Of a DNA stretch of 58,238 bases, positions 27,516 through 37,587 are shown piece by piece. The notes beneath the pieces were generated by a model. It did not search any database, had not been told where the DNA came from, and saw only the letters and a program-made list of their open reading frames with translations. Origin of the DNA: Planctomycetota bacterium (GTDB lineage Bacteria > Planctomycetota > Planctomycetia > Pirellulales > Lacipirellulaceae); contig JBCCXZ010000017.1 of NCBI GenBank assembly GCA_039190745.1, positions 1-58,238 of the forward strand, written 5' to 3'. A program made the translations under genes and the position numbers. Position 1 is the first letter of the stretch, and every line of letters starts with the position of its first letter.

Positions 27516-28946
27516 CTAGCAGCCGCAACCGGAATCGCAGCCGCTGTCGCAGCCCGAGTCGCAGCCGCAACCCGAATCACAACCGCAACCGGAGTCACAG
27601 CCGCCGCAGGCGGGCACCTCGACGGTCTCTTCGACCATCTTGCACACCTTCACGGGCACCTGCTTCTCGACCTGAACCGGCACGCAAACCGTGTAGGTCT
27701 CGGTCTTCTCTTCCGGCACCATCTTGCACACCTTCACGGTGTAGGCCTCGGTCTTCTCGTGAGGCACGCAGACGGTGTACTCGACTTCCTTCGACTTCTG
27801 CTCGCACACCATCTTGCACACCTTGTGCTCGCGGGTGCGGGTCTCGGCCTTGCACTTCTGGACCGAGACGGTGCAGGTCTTCTCGACCGGAACCATCTTG
27901 CACACCTTCACGGTCTTGGTCCGATCCTCGGTGCGGCACTTGCGGACGCACACGGTGCAGGTCTTCTCGACCGGAACCGTCTTGCACACCTTCACGGTCT
28001 TGGTCCGCTCCTCGGTGCGGCACTTACGCACGCACACGGTGCGGGTCCGGGTCTCCTGCTTGCACTTACGCACGCAGTAGGTGTAGGGCACCTCTTCAGT
28101 CACGCACTTGTAGACCGTGCAGGGTACTTCCTTCGTCTCCTGGGTCGGCACCCAAACCCGCTTGCAGCAGGTGGTCGGGCAGCCGTTGCAGTCGGTCGAC
28201 TCAACCGTCTGCGTCTCCCAGTGACCGCCGCAGACCGTGACGGTCTTCATCGTCGTCTCGGGCACGCGCTTGGTCACCGTGCGGGTCGCTTCGACCGTCT
28301 CGGTGTAAGGCACGCTTACGGTGTAGCTCTGCTCGACCTGCTCGGTGTAGGGCACCTGAACCGTGTAGCTGACGGTTTTGTCCTCGTAGGTCGGCTGCAT
28401 CACCGTGTAGGTCTTCTCAACCTGCTCGGTGTAGGGCACCTGAACCGTGTAGCTGACGGTCTTGTCCTCGTACGTCGGCTGCATCACCGTGTAGGTCTTC
28501 TCGACCTGCTCGGTGTAGGGCACCATGGCGGTGTACTCAACGGTCTTCGTCTCCCACACCGGCTTGTTCACCGTGTAGTTGACCGTCTTCGTGCGGGTCT
28601 CGGGGACCATCACCGTGTAGTTGCGGGTCTTCTCGACCGTCTCGTAGACGGGCTTGTTGACCGTGTAGGTCCGGGTCCGCTCTTCTTTCTTGTACTCGGT
28701 GGAGGTGACCGTCTTCATTTCCTCAACCCAGACCTGCTTCATCACGGTCTTGGTCGTGGTGCCGCAGTCGCAGGCCGACTCACCGCAGGACGAGCCGCCG
28801 CAGTCCGAAGACTCGCAACCCGAACTCTCGCAGCAACTCGAGCAGCCCGAGTCGCAGCCCTTCTTACATGCGGCGGCGTCCGTCGCACCCATGCTGAGGG
28901 TCAGCCCCAGCGCCATCAGCAATCCAGCACAGTAACGCGTCACCAA
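27516..28946 (-). CDS. Secreted Cys/Thr/Val-rich repeat protein of unknown function
   Basis: GGAGGA RBS, signal peptide, 14/28-aa repeats, CDSG repeats at both ends, dedicated terminator. Confidence 0.85.
   Translation of the reverse strand: MVTRYCAGLLMALGLTLSMGATDAAACKKGCDSGCSSCCESSGCESSDCGGSSCGESACDCGTTTKTVMKQVWVEEMKTVTSTEYKKEERTRTYTVNKPVYETVEKTRNYTVMVPETRTKTVNYTVNKPVWETKTVEYTAMVPYTEQVEKTYTVMQPTYEDKTVSYTVQVPYTEQVEKTYTVMQPTYEDKTVSYTVQVPYTEQVEQSYTVSVPYTETVEATRTVTKRVPETTMKTVTVCGGHWETQTVESTDCNGCPTTCCKRVWVPTQETKEVPCTVYKCVTEEVPYTYCVRKCKQETRTRTVCVRKCRTEERTKTVKVCKTVPVEKTCTVCVRKCRTEDRTKTVKVCKMVPVEKTCTVSVQKCKAETRTREHKVCKMVCEQKSKEVEYTVCVPHEKTEAYTVKVCKMVPEEKTETYTVCVPVQVEKQVPVKVCKMVEETVEVPACGGCDSGCGCDSGCGCDSGCDSGCDSGCGC
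27868..28047. repeat. 84-bp tandem repeat (C-terminal half of the Cys-rich protein)
   Basis: ACGGTGC[AG]GGTC recurs at 27868, 27952 and 28036 with near-identical intervening sequence. Confidence 0.9.
28332..28524. repeat. 84-bp tandem repeat (N-terminal half of the Cys-rich protein)
   Basis: CTC[GA]ACCTGCTCGGTGTAGGGCACC recurs at 28332, 28416 and 28500. Confidence 0.9.
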
Positions 28947-29136
28947 TCCGTCCTCCTAATGCGTTGATCTCGCCGAGTCGGCCCCGCGCAACCCAACCGC
29001 GGGCCAATAAATACGTAGTAAGATCGCTAAACCCGGCAAGATAAGAAGCATTTCTCAGTGTTGTTGTTGTAAAACCTAATCGAAATCCACGGCGAGCCAA
29101 CGGGTTTTCCTGCAAAAAAGGCGGCATAGGCAAAAT

Positions 29137-30033
29137 TTAACGGTCGCCGCCAAGCAGGCCCCCTACGTGCTCTAGGGTTGCCACCAAGCCCGGTCCGGGG
29201 CTGTTGAAGTACCGATCGCCGTCGAGGGCCCAGTAACGCCCAGTCCCCGCAGCCGGCAAATCCCCCCACCCAGGCTCCGCACGCAGCAAACCTAGCTCAG
29301 CCTCAGCACGCTGCCGGTCGAATCCGCAGGGAACCACAAACACAGCCTCCGGGCGGCTGGCGATCAACTCCTCCCAGGCCACCGGGCGGCTCGGCTGGCC
29401 CGGCTCAACGAGCACGCTCTCGCCCCCGGCGCGCCAAATCAGCTCCGGGCACCAGTTGCCCGAGAGGATCAGCGGCTCTCGCCACTCGATCACCGCCACC
29501 GGCGAACGCCACTGAGAAACGCTTTCTGCCCGGTGCTCCACCCGGGCGATGCGCTCCCGGTACTCCGCCACGAGGGCTTCGCCTCGCCCGAGCTCCCCTG
29601 CGGCCGCGGCGATCTGCTCCACCGTTCCAAGCACGTCGTCCAGCGACCGCGGGTTGACCGCCGTTATTGCCGCCCCGTCCAGGCGCCCGGCCGCCCGGGC
29701 CGCTTCGGTCACCGCCGACAGCGGCAAAGCGCAAACCTCGCACTGGTCCTGCGTCACGACCAGGTCCGGCCGGAGTTCCTCCAGCAGGTCGGCGTCCAGC
29801 GTGAAGAGCGGCTCGCCCGCGGCAAGGCGGGTCTCGACGTCTGCATGAATCTCGCCGCTGGAAGCCCCGGGGTTTATTGCCGTCTTGGTGAGTCTTGGCA
29901 GCGGCGGGCCCTCGACCCGGCAGGCGTGGCTGACTCCCACCAGACGCTCGCCCAAACCCAATGCGTAGATCGTCTCGGTCGCCGCTGGCAGCAATGAAAC
30001 GATCCGCAGCTTCGGAACACCGCAACCGGCCAT
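29137..30033 (-). CDS. BtuF/cobalamin-binding-like class III binding protein (no signal peptide)
   Basis: RIVSLLPAATE, LVGVSHAC, PDLVVTQDQCEVCA, GNWCPEL, PCGF, FNSPGP. Confidence 0.85.
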   Translation of the reverse strand: MAGCGVPKLRIVSLLPAATETIYALGLGERLVGVSHACRVEGPPLPRLTKTAINPGASSGEIHADVETRLAAGEPLFTLDADLLEELRPDLVVTQDQCEVCALPLSAVTEAARAAGRLDGAAITAVNPRSLDDVLGTVEQIAAAAGELGRGEALVAEYRERIARVEHRAESVSQWRSPVAVIEWREPLILSGNWCPELIWRAGGESVLVEPGQPSRPVAWEELIASRPEAVFVVPCGFDRQRAEAELGLLRAEPGWGDLPAAGTGRYWALDGDRYFNSPGPGLVATLEHVGGLLGGDR

Positions 30034-30274
30034 CGCCCCGCCTTGTAGAGACACGAGCCCTCAAAATCGACGACCGTCCCGACGATCGAAGGCGGCCCTC
30101 GCGGCGGCTACTGTAATGCACGCAACAGTACGAACGCAAAACCTCCCCACAAATGGAAGGCAAGGAACCCAAGACTGGCGACCGTTACCGGACGGCTTAT
30201 AATCGAGATTGAGCCTGCGAGCGGGTGTTTGCTCGGCTCTGATGGGGGCAGCCCGTCTGGAACAGTCTTTTCCT

Positions 30275-31375
30275 ATGCGACAACCGCGACCCTCTTACAG
30301 TGCGCCTGCGCGGCAACCAACCGCGGAGGCTCTGCGACGAGCCTTCACGCTCGTAGAGCTCCTGGTCGTCATCGCGATCATCGGCGTGCTTATCTCGCTG
30401 CTGCTCCCGGCCGTGCAGTCCGCACGCGAAGCCGGCCGCCGAATCAGCTGCCAGAACAACCTGAAGCAACTCGCGCTGGCTATTCAAAACTACGAAGCCC
30501 AGTCCAATGCCTTGCCCGCCGCTGGGTCTTTCGCGCCCCCCGAAGAAGCCCTCTACTACACCTTCCACAACCGGATCGACCTCACCACCGGCCCGAACCA
30601 CAGCTGGTTGGTGCAGATGCTCCCGTTCATCGAGCAGCAAACGATCTACGACCTGTTCGATCTGAAATCACCGGCAGTCGCCAGCCCGGGGCTGCCGCAT
30701 GGCAGCCAACCCCCCGCGCTGCTCTGCGCCTCGGACGACGCCGCGGGCAGGCTTTTCGATTCAAGCACCAGCAGCAAGGGAGTCCCCCCGCCCGACGGCG
30801 CTAACCCCGACGCCGTCCTGTTCGGAAAAGCCAACTATGCCGCTTGGACCAGCCCCTTCCACGTCGACGACTTCGACAGCAACGGGGCTACCGCGCTCTA
30901 CGGCCAGCGGATCAGCGCCGTGGTCGACGGCACAAGCAACACACTGCTGCTCGGTGAGATCCGCACCAGAGACGACCAGCGCGATCAACGCGGGGCCTGG
31001 GCGCTGCCCTGGAGCGGCGCATCGCTCCTCGCGTTCGACATGCACCCCGCCGAAATCACCGAAGAGGGTGCGGCGTCTTCCCCCTACCAACCCTCGGTCA
31101 GAAGCATCGGAGCCACGCAGCCGCCCAACAGCGCGCAGCCCGACGTCTTGTACCGCTGCCCCGATCCTGTCGGAGAGTTGCTCGACGCGATGCCGTGCCA
31201 ACACAGGTACTGGGGCTATATCTCGGCGGCGCCCCGTTCGAACCACCCAGGCGGCGTTTACGTGGCGTACCTCGACGGCCACGTCGACTTCCTCGCCGAC
31301 GACGTCGACGAACCCACGATGGCCTACCTGATCTACATCGCCGACGAGACCCCGTTCCGTGTGGCGTCGCGTTAA
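30275..31375 (+). CDS. DUF1559 prepilin-type protein
   Basis: AFTLVELLVVIAIIGVLISLLLPAVQSAREA, C.NNLKQ, DGTSNT, HPGG...DGHV (H-X9-DG). Confidence 0.93.
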   Translation: MRQPRPSYSAPARQPTAEALRRAFTLVELLVVIAIIGVLISLLLPAVQSAREAGRRISCQNNLKQLALAIQNYEAQSNALPAAGSFAPPEEALYYTFHNRIDLTTGPNHSWLVQMLPFIEQQTIYDLFDLKSPAVASPGLPHGSQPPALLCASDDAAGRLFDSSTSSKGVPPPDGANPDAVLFGKANYAAWTSPFHVDDFDSNGATALYGQRISAVVDGTSNTLLLGEIRTRDDQRDQRGAWALPWSGASLLAFDMHPAEITEEGAASSPYQPSVRSIGATQPPNSAQPDVLYRCPDPVGELLDAMPCQHRYWGYISAAPRSNHPGGVYVAYLDGHVDFLADDVDEPTMAYLIYIADETPFRVASR

Positions 31376-31414
31376 TCGCGGCCCGAACCAACACCGACCA
31401 ACAAAGGCGTCGTC

Positions 31415-31789
31415 ATGGGCCACGCGAACCGAGCGGTAGCGACGAGAGAGTGGTTGCCAGGAGCCGCAGTCGCGGTGGGCGCGGCGCTCCTCGCCGGCGG
31501 TTTCCTCTGGCCCGCGCTCGTCTCGCCCCGACGCAACTACAACGAAACCCAAGCCAAAGAATACCTCGAAGCCGCTTCTGCGTTGCACTCGGCAGTAAAC
31601 AGCCGCCGCGGGTCGCCCGAAGATCGGGCCGCAGTAACGCAAGAGGCCAAAGCCCGTTTCGACGGCTTACGCGGAGAGGTTGAGCGGGTACGCAATGGGC
31701 CAAAAGAGACCGGCTTCTGGCTCAAGGCCGCCGGCAGTGCCCTCATCTGCGTGGGCTCGGGCGTCGTGCTGAGCCGCCGCTATTCCTGA
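31415..31789 (+). CDS. Hypothetical two-TM membrane protein
   Basis: Hydrophobic segments at both ends of a 124-aa ORF directly after the DUF1559 gene. Confidence 0.65.
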   Translation: MGHANRAVATREWLPGAAVAVGAALLAGGFLWPALVSPRRNYNETQAKEYLEAASALHSAVNSRRGSPEDRAAVTQEAKARFDGLRGEVERVRNGPKETGFWLKAAGSALICVGSGVVLSRRYS

Positions 31790-31838
31790 CAGGCCGAGAA
31801 TTTCATTCTTGCCCTGAAGACGCTGCGTCTTCAGCGGC

Positions 31839-33617
31839 CTACCGTCGCCGCCCGCGGCTCCCAATCAGGTAGAACAGCACTCCGCCCAGCAGCGTCGCAC
31901 CGGTCGGCTCGGGGATCGTCGCCGCAATCGCGTCGAGCGTCCCCAGCACCAGCCCGAACTGCGAATCCAAGAAGACACGGTCGTCTTCGTCCACATCGCC
32001 GTCGCCATCCGCGTCGCCGTCGGAGTGCTGGGCCCCGACCAGCGTGCCGTAGCCACGCTGCCAAACGAGCAGGTCTGCGCTGTCCACATCGCCGTCACCG
32101 TCGAAGTCGGCCGACTCCTGGTCGAACGCCGTGTTGATCCGCCAGGCGATCCCGTAGTCACGCGCTGCGTCGGTCGAGACCTGGAAGGTGTAGGTCCCCG
32201 GCGACAAGCCCGTGACGTAAACGTGCTCCACATTGTCCACCACGCTTACGCTGTGGTCGATCAACCCGCCGTCGGAGTCCAGCAGTTCCAGGTCTAGGTT
32301 CGCGAAAGATTCGCTTGGCGAGAAAGCATTCCCCGGGTTGATGTCCGTCACCTCGTAATTCCAAGCCAGCACAATCGACACCTCGGCCGCGTGCTTCCCC
32401 TCGGGGATCGTGAACTCGTACTTCACGTCGTCCGTCGGCGTAATCTCCGATTGGTAGTCCCAGCCGTGGTTCGCGATCGGAGAGCCCGCGGCGCCGGTCG
32501 AGCCGGTAAACTGCCCACCCTCGGTCATGACGTAGCTGTTGAATGCATTGAGCTGGCCAGCGCCGAAGATATTGTCCAACGGTTGCGACGGTGTGCGCTC
32601 CCAGGGGTCCACCAACCCGGAGTCCGGGTCAACGAATGTCTCGAAGTACTGCTCCTTCGTGGCTCCGGCGAGCAAGATCGCCTTCATCGTCTCCGACTTC
32701 GCAGCGTCGGTCCCCGCCACCACCTCGTGCAGTACACTCGCCACCGAACTCACCATCGCTGTGTTCGAGCTGACGGTAAATCCGCCGGCCACGATGTCCG
32801 GCTTGGTTCGCCCGCCGCCGTAGTACGATTCGGTGGGCTCGATCGAGTGCAGACCCTGGGGCCCCCCCACCGCGATCGCGTTGTAGCTCTGCCCCAACAG
32901 CGGGCTGATCTCCGGGTGGGGCGGCTTGGTTGTCGTTGCCGGGTCGGTATCGCCGTTCACGCTGACCCCGACCGCCATCGTCACGTCGTACCGGTCGATC
33001 ACGTAATCGAGCCGAACCAGCGTCCGGCGATTGTTCGTATTGCTTCCAAAGTCCCCGGCCCAGCTGTGATTGATGACCTTTAGGGGCAGGAACTCGCCCT
33101 CCGCAGGGTCTTCGTACTCCGGCTTCCGCGGGTCGGAACCGGTGGGCGCTCGGAGTTGGTTGTTCAGGTAGTCGTTCGCCTCGTAGACGACCACCACGTT
33201 GCTCTCTTTAGCCGCGCCCGTTGTGTTCCCGTACAGGTTGCGCCCGACAGTCGTCGTGGCGTGGCTGGAGGTCGTAGGGTTCGGACGTGCCGACTGGCTG
33301 CCGTTGATGAAGGTCACCCCTGTGCCGGACGGGTCGCTAGCCGCGTCGAACTCGGCGCTCGACGTGTCGGGGTAGAAGTTCACGAAGCTCGGGCCGCTAG
33401 CGGCTTCCACCTGACCGATCGTGACGCCCGCGCCGGTCGGGGCCGAACCGAACAGAATGTCTTCCAACTTGGTGTAATCGACGAGGTCCAGCCACTCCTC
33501 GGCTGGGTTGCCCAGCACAGGGAGTTGGCCGAAGGCGTTCCCGCCAGTAGGCAGAAACGACGCTGCGGCAAGCGCGTACAGACTGACACGCCGCATGGCC
33601 TGAGTGAAAATCGGCAT
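31839..33617 (-). CDS. Subtilase (S8)-like PEP-CTERM protein with dockerin-like Ca-binding repeats
   Basis: VINHSW, NAIAVG, KPDIVA, KAILLAGA, FGAGQLN, NLDLEL...DNVEH; ADFDGDGDVDSADLL; IPEP followed by TM and RGRRR. Confidence 0.8.
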   Translation of the reverse strand: MPIFTQAMRRVSLYALAAASFLPTGGNAFGQLPVLGNPAEEWLDLVDYTKLEDILFGSAPTGAGVTIGQVEAASGPSFVNFYPDTSSAEFDAASDPSGTGVTFINGSQSARPNPTTSSHATTTVGRNLYGNTTGAAKESNVVVVYEANDYLNNQLRAPTGSDPRKPEYEDPAEGEFLPLKVINHSWAGDFGSNTNNRRTLVRLDYVIDRYDVTMAVGVSVNGDTDPATTTKPPHPEISPLLGQSYNAIAVGGPQGLHSIEPTESYYGGGRTKPDIVAGGFTVSSNTAMVSSVASVLHEVVAGTDAAKSETMKAILLAGATKEQYFETFVDPDSGLVDPWERTPSQPLDNIFGAGQLNAFNSYVMTEGGQFTGSTGAAGSPIANHGWDYQSEITPTDDVKYEFTIPEGKHAAEVSIVLAWNYEVTDINPGNAFSPSESFANLDLELLDSDGGLIDHSVSVVDNVEHVYVTGLSPGTYTFQVSTDAARDYGIAWRINTAFDQESADFDGDGDVDSADLLVWQRGYGTLVGAQHSDGDADGDGDVDEDDRVFLDSQFGLVLGTLDAIAATIPEPTGATLLGGVLFYLIGSRGRRR

Positions 33618-34185
33618 CCGATGAGGTTCCTTCAATCGCCGATCAGCCCGCGTCAGCCTCGCGGACGACCGGCAGACCCGGCGCTAGGCCGAGCCCGATG
33701 GGGACGTACTTTTCTCTGTTCCAACCGGCCGGCCCAAGGCCCACACCGGCAACTACGCTCAGCGACGCTTTACTCCTGCCACAACGCACTTGCGTCTGCG
33801 TTCGCAGGTTGGCCCGCGCTAGCGCAACACTCCCCCACGTATTGCCCAAGCTTCATTTTCAGGGCAATCGTGGGGTTTGCAACCTTTTGTATCGTTTTTC
33901 AACAGAATGGTTCCCTCAACCCGCGGCCACCAAATGGGTTCGGGCAGTCGACGGAAGTGCCCTAATTCCAAGCCATTGCGACACATTCCCGCAACCCAAC
34001 ACCCGCTACGCCCCCCAGCAAGCCCGGCAAACGGCCGACAGACCTGCTAAACCGTCCAGGTCGCACAGACACCCGAGTTGTACACGATTCCGCAGCCCCA
34101 TAGACTACCGGGCTACCCCAGTTGAGAGCCCGCGTTTAGAGAACACTTCACCGGCCCCCACAGCCGCCCAGCAGCGGCCGACCGC

Positions 34186-35097
34186 ATGCCTTCCTACAGC
34201 CTGACGCACCTCAAACAGCTCGAAGCCGAGAGCATCCACATCATCCGGGAGGTCGTCTCCGAGTTCTCCAACCCCGTGATGCTGTTCTCGATCGGGAAAG
34301 ACTCGTGCGTGATGCTCCACCTGGCCCGCAAGGCCTTCTACCCCGCTAAGCCGCCCTTCCCGCTACTGCTGATCGACACGACCTGGAACTTTCAGTCGAT
34401 GTACGAGTTCCGCGACCGGCACATCGTCGGCGAGCTCGGCATGGAGTGCCTCGTCCACACCAACAAAGAGGGGCTCGCCCAGAACCTCAACCCGTTCATC
34501 CACGGCAGCAAGGTCTTCACCGAGGTGATGAACCTCGGCGCCCTCCGCCAGGCCCTCGACAAGTACAGCTTCGACGCCGCCTTCGGGGGCGGCCGCCGCG
34601 ACGAAGAGAAGGCCCGCGCCAAAGAGCGCGTACTCTCCTTCCGCGATAAGAACCACGCCTGGGACCCCAAGAACCAGCGGCCCGAACTCTGGAATCTGTA
34701 CAACGGCCTGGTGCACAAGGGCGAGCAGATCCGCGCCTTCCCGCTCTCCAACTGGACCGAGCTCGACATCTGGCAGTACATCCACCTCGAGGGCGTCCAG
34801 ATCGTTCCCGCCTACTACGCCGAGGAGCGTGAGGTCGTCGAGTTCGAAGGCAACTACATCGCGGTCGACGACGACCGCATGCCCGAGGAGCTCCGCAAGA
34901 CGGCCAAGCCGATGTGGGTGCGCTTCCGAACCCTGGGCGACTACCCGCTCTCCGGCGCCACGCCAAGCGAGGCCCGCACGCTCCCCCAGATCATCCAAGA
35001 AATGCTGCTCGCCACCCGCAGCGAACGGGAGGGCCGCTCAGTCGACAAAGACCCCGGGGCCTCGATGGAAGAAAAGAAACGCCAGGGCTACTACTGA
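34186..35097 (+). CDS. cysD: Sulfate adenylyltransferase subunit 2
   Basis: [59 protein letters not shown]. Confidence 0.97.
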   Translation: MPSYSLTHLKQLEAESIHIIREVVSEFSNPVMLFSIGKDSCVMLHLARKAFYPAKPPFPLLLIDTTWNFQSMYEFRDRHIVGELGMECLVHTNKEGLAQNLNPFIHGSKVFTEVMNLGALRQALDKYSFDAAFGGGRRDEEKARAKERVLSFRDKNHAWDPKNQRPELWNLYNGLVHKGEQIRAFPLSNWTELDIWQYIHLEGVQIVPAYYAEEREVVEFEGNYIAVDDDRMPEELRKTAKPMWVRFRTLGDYPLSGATPSEARTLPQIIQEMLLATRSEREGRSVDKDPGASMEEKKRQGYY

Positions 35098-35127
35098 TTG
35101 CGGAGTTCGGATTGCGGAGTGCGGAAT
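35096..35127. repeat. Heptamer tandem repeat upstream of the GxxExxY gene
   Basis: GATTGCG GAGTTCG GATTGCG GAGTGCG GAAT. Confidence 0.7.
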
Positions 35128-35156
35128 AGCCAACCAATCGCAACGAGATCGCGCAC

Positions 35157-35549
35157 GTGTTCGAGGAGGAAGGCTACCAACTGATGGGGGCGGCCTTCGA
35201 GGTTTACAACCAACTCGGCTACGGCATGGCCTAAGAGGTTTACCAGCAGGCCTTGGAGGTCGAACTAGAACTCCGCTCCATCCGCTTCCAAACCAAGCGA
35301 GAGATCTCGCTCAGCTACAAAGGCCGAAAGCTCGAGAAGACTTACATCCCAGACCTGTTCGTCAGCGATGCGATCGTAGTCGAACTAAAGGCAGCAAAGT
35401 GCCTCGCAGCAGAACACGAAGCCCAGCTCTTCAACTACCTGCGAATCGCCGGACAACCGGTTGGATACCTACTGAACTTCGGAAAGAAGAGCGAGCTCGA
35501 ATGGAAACGTTTCGTGCTCACAGACATCAAGAACACTAACCCCCACTAA
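35157..35549 (+). pseudogene. GxxExxY (PD-(D/E)xK-like) protein with an in-frame TAA
   Basis: From GTG 35157: MFEEEGYQLMGAAFEVYNQLGYGMA*EVYQQALEVEL...YIPDLFV..IVVELKA..HEAQLFNYL..GYLLNFG. The TAA at 35232-35234 replaces the signature Glu. Confidence 0.88.
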
Positions 35550-35622
35550 TCGACACTAATCAGATAAGCAGGTCCGCAAAATCCTCCTCCGGATTAGCGT
35601 CGATTAGCGAAGATTAGTGTTC
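35531..35622. repeat. 31-bp imperfect inverted repeat built from 10-bp units at the 3' end of the GxxExxY gene
   Basis: GAACACTAACCCCCACTAATCGACACTAATC (35531-35561) matches the reverse complement of 35592-35622 at 26/31. Confidence 0.8.
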
Positions 35623-35646
35623 CGTCCATTCGAACACAGCATTCCC

Positions 35647-37581
35647 ATGTCACACCAGTCCGAACTCATCGCGACCGATATCGATGCGTATCTGAAGGAG
35701 CACGAGCAGAAAGAACTGCTCAGATTCCTCACGTGCGGTAGCGTCGACGACGGCAAGAGCACCCTCATCGGCCGGCTCCTGTTTGAATCGAAGATGGTCT
35801 ACGAAGACCAGCTCGCCGCGCTCGAGGTCGACTCCAAGAAGTTCGGCACCACCGGCGGCGACTTCGACCCCGCGCTGCTGACCGACGGCCTCAAGGCCGA
35901 GCGCGAACAGGGTATTACCATCGACGTCGCCTACCGCTATTTCTCCACCTCCAAACGCAAGTTCATTATCGCCGACTGCCCCGGTCACGAGCAGTACACC
36001 CGCAACATGGCCACCGGCGCCAGCACCTGCGACCTCGCCATCATCCTCATCGACGCCCGCCACGGCGTGCTCACCCAAACCAAGCGACACTCCTTCATCG
36101 TCTCGCTGCTGGGCATCAAGCACGTCATCGTCGCGGTCAACAAGATGGACCTCGTCGACTTCTCCGAAGACAGTTTCGAGGAGATCAAGGCCGAGTACCG
36201 CGAGTTCGCCACCCGGCTCGACATGGTCGACCAGCACTTCGTGCCGATCAGCGCCCTGCAGGGCGACAACCTCATCGACAAGAGCGACCGCATGCCGTGG
36301 TACGAGGGCGCCACCCTCATGCACCACCTCGAAAACGTGCACATCGCCTCCGACCGCAACCTCATCGACTTCCGCTTCCCGGTGCAGTACGTCAACCGGC
36401 CCAACCTCAACTTCCGCGGCTTCTGCGGCACGCTCGCTTCGGGCCGCGTGAAGCAGGGCGACGAGGTGATGGCCCTCCCTTCACGCAAGACCAGCCGCGT
36501 CAAAGAGATCGTCACCTTCGACGGCCAACTCGACGAAGCCTTCGCCCCGCTGGCGGTCACGCTCACACTCGAAGACGAGATCGACGTCTCCCGCGGCGAC
36601 ATGCTCGTCCGCCCCGACAACGTCCCCCAGACCGCCGAGGCCTTCGACGCCACCATCGTCTGGATGACCGAGCAGCCGATGCTCCCTGGCGAGCAGTACC
36701 TCTTCAAGCAGGCCACCACGCTCGTGCCTGGACGCGTCGAGACGCTCCGCTACCGGATCGACGTCAACACATTACATCGCGAAGAGACGCCCACGCTCGA
36801 GCTCAACGAAATCGGCCGCGCCCGCGTCCGCCTCACCCAGCCCATCGCTTTCGACGGCTACCGGAACAACCACGGCACCGGCGCCTTCATCGTTATCGAC
36901 CGCATCTCCCACGTCACCGTCGGCGCCGGGATGATCCTCGAACGCACCGCGGGCGAGAGCAAAGACCACTGGGAAGACGAGGCCGAGGCCAGCCTGCACG
37001 AATCCCGCAGCAACGTCACGCTCGAGGAGCGCTCGGCCCGCTTCGGCCAGCAGCCCGCCACGGTGCTGCTCACCGGCCTCGCCGGCGCCGGCAAGACGAC
37101 GCTCGCCTACGCTCTCGAACGCCGCCTCTTCGACATGGGCCGCGCTGCCTGCGTCCTCGACGGCCAGAACATGCGCCGCGGCATCAGCCGCGACCTCGGC
37201 TTCACCGCCGATGAGAGGAGCGAGAACCTCCGCCGCAGCGCTGAGGTGGCCAAGCTCCTCAACGACGCCGGCATGATCTGCCTCGCCGCCTTCCTCGCGC
37301 CACGCGAAGAGGTCCGTCAGAAGGCCGCCGAGTGCGTCGGCCGCGAACGTTTCCTCGTCGTCCACCTCGACGCCCCCGTCGAGGCCTGCCGCGAGCGCGA
37401 CCAAGAAGGCCTCTACGGCGAAGCCGACGCCGGCAACATCGCCAACTTCCCCGGCGTCAGCGCCCCGTACGAAACCCCGGAAGCCGCCGACCTCACCCTC
37501 GCCACGCACGAGCTGAGCGTCGACGCCTGCCTCGAGCAAATCCTCAAGCTCCTCGCCGACCGCGGCATCGTCTCGCTCTAA
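35647..37581 (+). CDS. cysN: Bifunctional sulfate adenylyltransferase subunit 1 / APS kinase (CysNC)
   Basis: [48 protein letters not shown]-terminal [27 protein letters not shown]. Confidence 0.96.
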   Translation: MSHQSELIATDIDAYLKEHEQKELLRFLTCGSVDDGKSTLIGRLLFESKMVYEDQLAALEVDSKKFGTTGGDFDPALLTDGLKAEREQGITIDVAYRYFSTSKRKFIIADCPGHEQYTRNMATGASTCDLAIILIDARHGVLTQTKRHSFIVSLLGIKHVIVAVNKMDLVDFSEDSFEEIKAEYREFATRLDMVDQHFVPISALQGDNLIDKSDRMPWYEGATLMHHLENVHIASDRNLIDFRFPVQYVNRPNLNFRGFCGTLASGRVKQGDEVMALPSRKTSRVKEIVTFDGQLDEAFAPLAVTLTLEDEIDVSRGDMLVRPDNVPQTAEAFDATIVWMTEQPMLPGEQYLFKQATTLVPGRVETLRYRIDVNTLHREETPTLELNEIGRARVRLTQPIAFDGYRNNHGTGAFIVIDRISHVTVGAGMILERTAGESKDHWEDEAEASLHESRSNVTLEERSARFGQQPATVLLTGLAGAGKTTLAYALERRLFDMGRAACVLDGQNMRRGISRDLGFTADERSENLRRSAEVAKLLNDAGMICLAAFLAPREEVRQKAAECVGRERFLVVHLDAPVEACRERDQEGLYGEADAGNIANFPGVSAPYETPEAADLTLATHELSVDACLEQILKLLADRGIVSL

Positions 37582-37587
37582 CGCCGC

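Noticed and set aside
27516..28524. Tandem repeats as a CRISPR array
   Set aside because: They are in-frame coding repeats (84 bp = 28 aa) without unique spacers, and there are no cas genes in the window.
35232..35234. Stop-codon recoding in the GxxExxY gene
   Set aside because: TAA is not a Sec or Pyl codon and ends other genes in this window; a GAA-to-TAA nonsense change is simpler.
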